NCBI RefSeq assembly: GCF_001194135.2
Contig: NC_068989.1
Location: forward strand, 61,636,233-61,679,187
Length of the DNA stretch: 42,955 nt
Direction of reading: 5' to 3'
Source of the DNA: Octopus bimaculoides
Taxonomy: Eukaryota
The translations under genes were made by a program, and so were the position numbers. The notes below the pieces were generated by a model that searched no databases, was not told the origin of the DNA, and saw only the letters and a list, made by a program, of their open reading frames with translations. This document shows positions 38,491-42,955 of the stretch, piece by piece (positions within the stretch are counted from its first letter, which is position 1; each line of letters begins with the position of its first letter).

Positions 38491-38794
38491 GGAATGAAGT
38501 AGATAAGATCGGGCTGCATATGTTTCATAGAGAGCAGAATCTCAGAAGTGGTAAATATCAAGCGATGTATATAATGCAGGCTACTCGGCAGATCAAAGAT
38601 ATCTTGATTTAATAGTCTCCACTCTTACTGTGCTCTTTACACATTCTGATCGAATCTTCCATGTATTAACATGTATCTCCTAGCGATAATGTAAACTTCC
38701 TTTTAATCTAGATACCCTCGCTTGGATATTTACCACTTCCAAGGTTCTGCTCGCTATGAAGCATATGGAGCCCGGATTTTCTCTACTCCATCCC
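38491..38794. repeat. Foldback formed by two inverted family M copies (MITE-like)
   Basis: 38491-38565 is an imperfect reverse complement of 38718-38794. Confidence 0.75.
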
Positions 38795-38969
38795 TTAAAG
38801 TTTGTGTTCTTATTCGCATACCCGGCAACCCTGGTTGCTTACTGTGACATATAAAAAGAATTGTCGTGCTTCGATACCACAAAATCCGCAAGTTTCCGCT
38901 TCTGTAATACGCTATTGTTCCTGAAATCTGTTTTTTATATATACTATAGTTTGCTTAAAGCTAACTTTT

Positions 38970-39002
38970 GTCCTACACATGTATGTATGGATGTATGCAT
39001 GC

Positions 39003-39035
<33 letters not shown>

Positions 39036-39085
39036 CGTAGTACGTATGTATGCATGTATGTATGTATGTATATCTATGTGTGTGC
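38970..39085. repeat. (ATGT)n microsatellite
   Basis: Direct inspection. Confidence 0.92.
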
Positions 39086-39089
39086 GTAT

Positions 39090-39285
39090 TTCTACCTCTG
39101 CTTGTTACCTCAATCACGGCTTGGCAACCGTTGTTGGTGAGTTTGCTTCGCTGTAAATTAGCGATTCGGCAAAAAAGAGGGATAGAATAAGTATCAAACT
39201 TAAGACAAAATCTGCAATCGGTTCATTCCTCTAAAAAATTTAAGGTTGTGTCCTAGCATGGCCGCAGTCTAATGACAGAAGCGAA
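39090..39285 (+). mobile_element. 3' part of a family C-related SINE
   Basis: GATTCGGCAAAA.AGA..GATAGAATAAGTA...CTAGCATGGCCGCAGTCTAATGACAGAA. Confidence 0.7.
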
Positions 39286-39299
39286 TTTGCAAATTTACA

Positions 39300-40000
39300 A
39301 CTTTTCTTCTTTCCGAAAGTTCTTTCGTATCTATGTGAATTTTTGCTCTTCTTGTCCTTCTTTCCGATATATAACTCATTAAATGCAGCATAACTCAAAA
39401 GTATCTTACAGCATTTCTGTAACAGTGCTCAAATGACGGAGGCATATTCTCATTTTCCCTATTTAAAGTAGCTGATTACGATTTAAGAAATGCTTCTCAA
39501 TTTCACTAATGCAACACGAAAGTGACAATTTCTCGGCTGGCACATTGGTAAAGATAAACTCGGCCAGCTGTGACGAGCGTCTTTCCTGCAATGGCAGTTT
39601 ATCATCTTATAATACACCATTCTAAATCCCTCTTCTCTGCATATTTAACATATGTATGGAGAACATTGAGAATAGCTTTATCTTATTCGGTATCCTTTCA
39701 CAAAATCTACATAACATGCTATCTAATAGCCAAAAGTTTATTATTCCATACAAATGTTACTCTTAACATTATGATTTATTGTCATTCACATCTAGCATTT
39801 AAATCCCGCTTCTTAGACATTCTCAATTTTCATTGTGATTTTATTTTGTTCATTCCTCGCATAAGTATGTCTATTTCCTATTTTTTCGATAGTCAATCGA
39901 ATTTTTCTTTCTATTCAGATAATCTTTCCTCTCAGAAATTCCTTTCTTATTATTCTAAATAGGATTGCGAAATCATTTTCTCTCTTTCTTATTCAAATTC
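39300..40000 (-). mobile_element. Probable decayed hAT (Charlie/Buster-like) transposase remnant
   Basis: Stop-ridden fragments RVTFVWNNK...DKAILNVLHTYVK..DLEWCII..TAIAGK...FELCC...HIDTKELSERRKV fall in the same order as hAT motifs (FVRYV...DIFNVL..LDW..TDGA.AM.GK...LCEEM..HTEVRWLSRGKVL). Confidence 0.45.
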
Positions 40001-40839
40001 CTGCAATTATTCTGCTTTTCGAAAGAAATTGACGATTCAACAAGGTTACTTATAAATCGATTGGAAAAAAAATCAATCATGTAATTATTAACGGGTAACT
40101 TTGTCTTAAGCTGTCCAGAATATTGATTTGTCGAGCAATTAAAATGGCATTGTTTCGTAGCGTTAAATATTTTGCCAAAGATCAACAGCTGGCAAAACTG
40201 GCGCAATGCAGTAGCTTTTTCCATTACATATGGGCTAAAAGACAATCGTAAACAAATATTCAGACAGAATCACCACTGTACTTTAAAGCTGTTGGCTCAT
40301 GGTGACGATGACGAAATCTTTCACAAATCAACACATATAGTACAAATCTGAATACTGAACATTGTTACTTAATGCGAATATGAGACAATAAATTAATTGC
40401 TTAACGTAATATATTTAATTTAAATCACTTCATATATATAGACCTCACTGTTTCGACAAGGTGAAATCACCAAAAAATTACTCTATCTAGTTAGAAATAG
40501 CTATCATTTAATGTACACAGTATTATAGTAAGAATTACTAATAGTTTCTTGCTGTGAAGACATTTGTCTTCGCAAATTTTTATAACACACCTTGTATCTG
40601 CATGCAATATCTAGGCTCTGGCCACATGGTCTGTTCTACTTGAAAATCAGAACGACAATACATGGCAAATCAGAAATAAAAAACGTGGAAAAACTACTGC
40701 AAAATGTTGTAGAGTGAATAAAAAGTGAAAAAGAAAAGAATGAAAATTAGAGTCACGTCCCCTTTTTACCAAAGAATCCATAATTTAACTAGTTGTTGCA
40801 AAAAACATTAAACAGGGGGTGGGGGCAATATCTGCGAGA

Positions 40840-41210
40840 CACCTCAATCCAGTGAGGGCAGTGTCCTCTAGTTCGCCAAAAGTAATTTACCTGGAGGTTT
40901 CCATTAGCTGAACATTTTGGAGCGATCTGGAATTAGATTGTGCGGTGGGATTCTTAGGTCTAAAAAGAATATGCCTTGTTTTAGCTACGCATGAATTGGA
41001 TTTCTTAGATCCATTTACACATGAAATGAATTTCTATACGAATCTACATTTGATTGTATGTGGTGTGCAATTAGTCTTAAAAAAACCATACGTGGCTGGC
41101 CAACTTTGTGACTTTACTTTTGTCGATGTCCTGGAAAGAAGACTGGTGGTTTGCATTACCACGTTTGAAATCTTCTTCGTATAACCCGGTGTAAATATTC
41201 TTTTCAGTTA
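40840..41210 (-). mobile_element. Second Penelope-like GIY-YIG remnant
   Basis: EKNIYTGLYEEDFKRGNANHQSSFQDIDKSKVTKLASHVW..KTNCTPHTIKCRFV*KFISCVNGSKKSNSCVAK is clearly homologous to 18560-18890. Confidence 0.88.
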
Positions 41211-41274
41211 GGTTATCTCGAAGATACATATATATAAGAAAATAAATTGATTTATATATTTATAGGGAAATAAA

Positions 41275-41309
<35 letters not shown>

Positions 41310-41542
41310 AAATACGTATTCGCCTTTATATATTTATATATTTAATCCTTTGTATTGAACACTCAATGTTTCATATATTCAATAAGACAATCAATACTTC
41401 ATTTCATTGTACCATCCATCTTTTTTTATATTATATATTATATATTCTATATTCTATATCCCACATAAATTTTACAAGAATATAAATAAAAAACATAAAA
41501 AACAGACAGAGTTGGAACTCTTTTAAATAAAATAATATATAT

Positions 41543-42000
41543 NNNNNNNNNNNNNNNNNNNNNNNNNNNNNNNNNNNNNNNNNNNNNNNNNNNNNNNNNN
41601 NNNNNNNNNNNNNNNNNNNNNNNNNNNNNNNNNNNNNNNNNNNNNNNNNNNNNNNNNNNNNNNNNNNNNNNNNNNNNNNNNNNNNNNNNNNNNNNNNNNN
41701 NNNNNNNNNNNNNNNNNNNNNNNNNNNNNNNNNNNNNNNNNNNNNNNNNNNNNNNNNNNNNNNNNNNNNNNNNNNNNNNNNNNNNNNNNNNNNNNNNNNN
41801 NNNNNNNNNNNNNNNNNNNNNNNNNNNNNNNNNNNNNNNNNNNNNNNNNNNNNNNNNNNNNNNNNNNNNNNNNNNNNNNNNNNNNNNNNNNNNNNNNNNN
41901 NNNNNNNNNNNNNNNNNNNNNNNNNNNNNNNNNNNNNNNNNNNNNNNNNNNNNNNNNNNNNNNNNNNNNNNNNNNNNNNNNNNNNNNNNNNNNNNNNNNN
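41543..42000. other. Assembly gap
   Basis: N run; ORFs spanning 41431-42405 are artefacts. Confidence 0.97.
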
Positions 42001-42170
42001 GACGTGAAGTGTGTATGTCTTGAACCCTGTGAAGCACGTACAGGAAGGGCAAAGAAATACGTGCGAGCTTGGTGATTCCAAGAACGAAAAGAAATAGCAG
42101 CCGGACACACGTGACCAAGGCTGTGTGAAGAGAAAGAGTAGCAGATGGAAAAGGAGGGGCGGAAGTAGAA
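42001..42170. promoter_or_regulatory. CpG-enriched, promoter-like motif cluster
   Basis: E-box CACGTGAC at 42108-42115 and overlapping GC-box/ETS GGGGCGGAAGT at 42156-42166, in a locally GC- and CpG-richer stretch. Confidence 0.25.
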
Positions 42171-42189
42171 TAAAAGTGAGCAACGAGAG

Positions 42190-42479
42190 GTAGAGAGAGA
42201 GAGAGAGAGAGAGATAGTAGGGGTAACGGTGAGAGGCGGAGGACGAGTAACAAGAGATAGAGAGAGAGAGAGAAGTAGTGACAGGTAGAGGCGAAGAACA
42301 GAAGAGGGAAGAATGAGAGGGGGAGATAGAAATAGAGAGAGTCGCGTTAGAAAAATAGTTAAAACTTATATATATATATATGTATATGTATAAATATACA
42401 CTCACATAGACATGTATATGTGAAGGGAGAGAGGGGATGTATATAAATATATGTAGATATGTAGGGAAAGAGAGAGAGT

Positions 42480-42520
<41 letters not shown>
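42190..42520. repeat. GA-rich and TA-rich low-complexity tract
   Basis: Direct inspection. Confidence 0.9.
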
Positions 42521-42523
<3 letters not shown>

Positions 42524-42721
42524 TCTACGTAGGCAGGTGTTGCTGGTTAGATGAATAGCGAAACAGATGGGTAAGCATTTATGTTAAATTAAATATATAA
42601 GTGAAGATAGAGACTGGTTGAGTATGTTCTTGAATTATTTTCTGAACACTTCACCTTGCTGTAAGAACTACACGAATGGTTTATAAACAACTGCTATATG
42701 TATACATATACATACGTATGT

Positions 42722-42935
42722 GTATATAGTTGAAATTTACAGAAAAACAAAAGTGGAAGACAGATGTAAAAACAACAAGCAGGTGTTTTAGCTTGAAGCT
42801 CGAAGAAGGTGAGAAAGTTTTTTACGTTTTGAACCTACGTTTTGAGCCTACGCTCTTCAACAGAAAGGAACCCGAATAAATAAACATAGAGAGAAGAAAA
42901 AAAAAACTTGTAGATTTAGCGGTCAATCATGGTGA
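42722..42935 (-). mobile_element. Repeat family P copy with an HHR-like motif and 13-bp internal duplication
   Basis: The minus strand reads CTTT CTGTTGA a GAGC gtag GCTC aAAAC GTA. GTTTTGARCCTAC is duplicated at about 42826-42851. Confidence 0.6.
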
Positions 42936-42955
42936 TTATATATATATATATATAT

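Noticed and set aside
40436-40475. Minus-strand ...TTGTC GAAAC AGTGAG GTC as a hammerhead
   Set aside because: The CUGANGA half is missing; at most a relic.

Overview
AT-rich, microsatellite-dense eukaryotic DNA with six assembly gaps, five of them bordered by a microsatellite on at least one side. The SINE families look like those I recognise from octopus genomes; this assignment is inference and was not database-checked. The window is mostly intergenic or intronic repeat DNA: about ten decayed copies of one SINE family, CORE-like SINEs, a young tRNA-derived SINE with a target-site duplication, a mariner transposase remnant, a probable hAT remnant and two clear Penelope-like (GIY-YIG) remnants. 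Only one ORF is credible as coding: a minus-strand 195-aa RRM-like ORF at 32589-33176, with a splice acceptor just upstream and decayed coding-like sequence downstream. Most other ORFs in the track are microsatellite or N-gap artefacts. The most notable signal is a set of hammerhead ribozyme (HHR) motifs from at least three repeat families. One is a near-complete type I HHR in a Penelope pseudo-LTR, with a compensatory base change in a second copy. Another lies in a short non-coding element that joins a tRNA-like Pol III head to a minimal HHR and shows Penelope-style inverted ends. That element is a candidate Penelope-mobilised, ribozyme-bearing SINE. All alignments and folds were done by eye.
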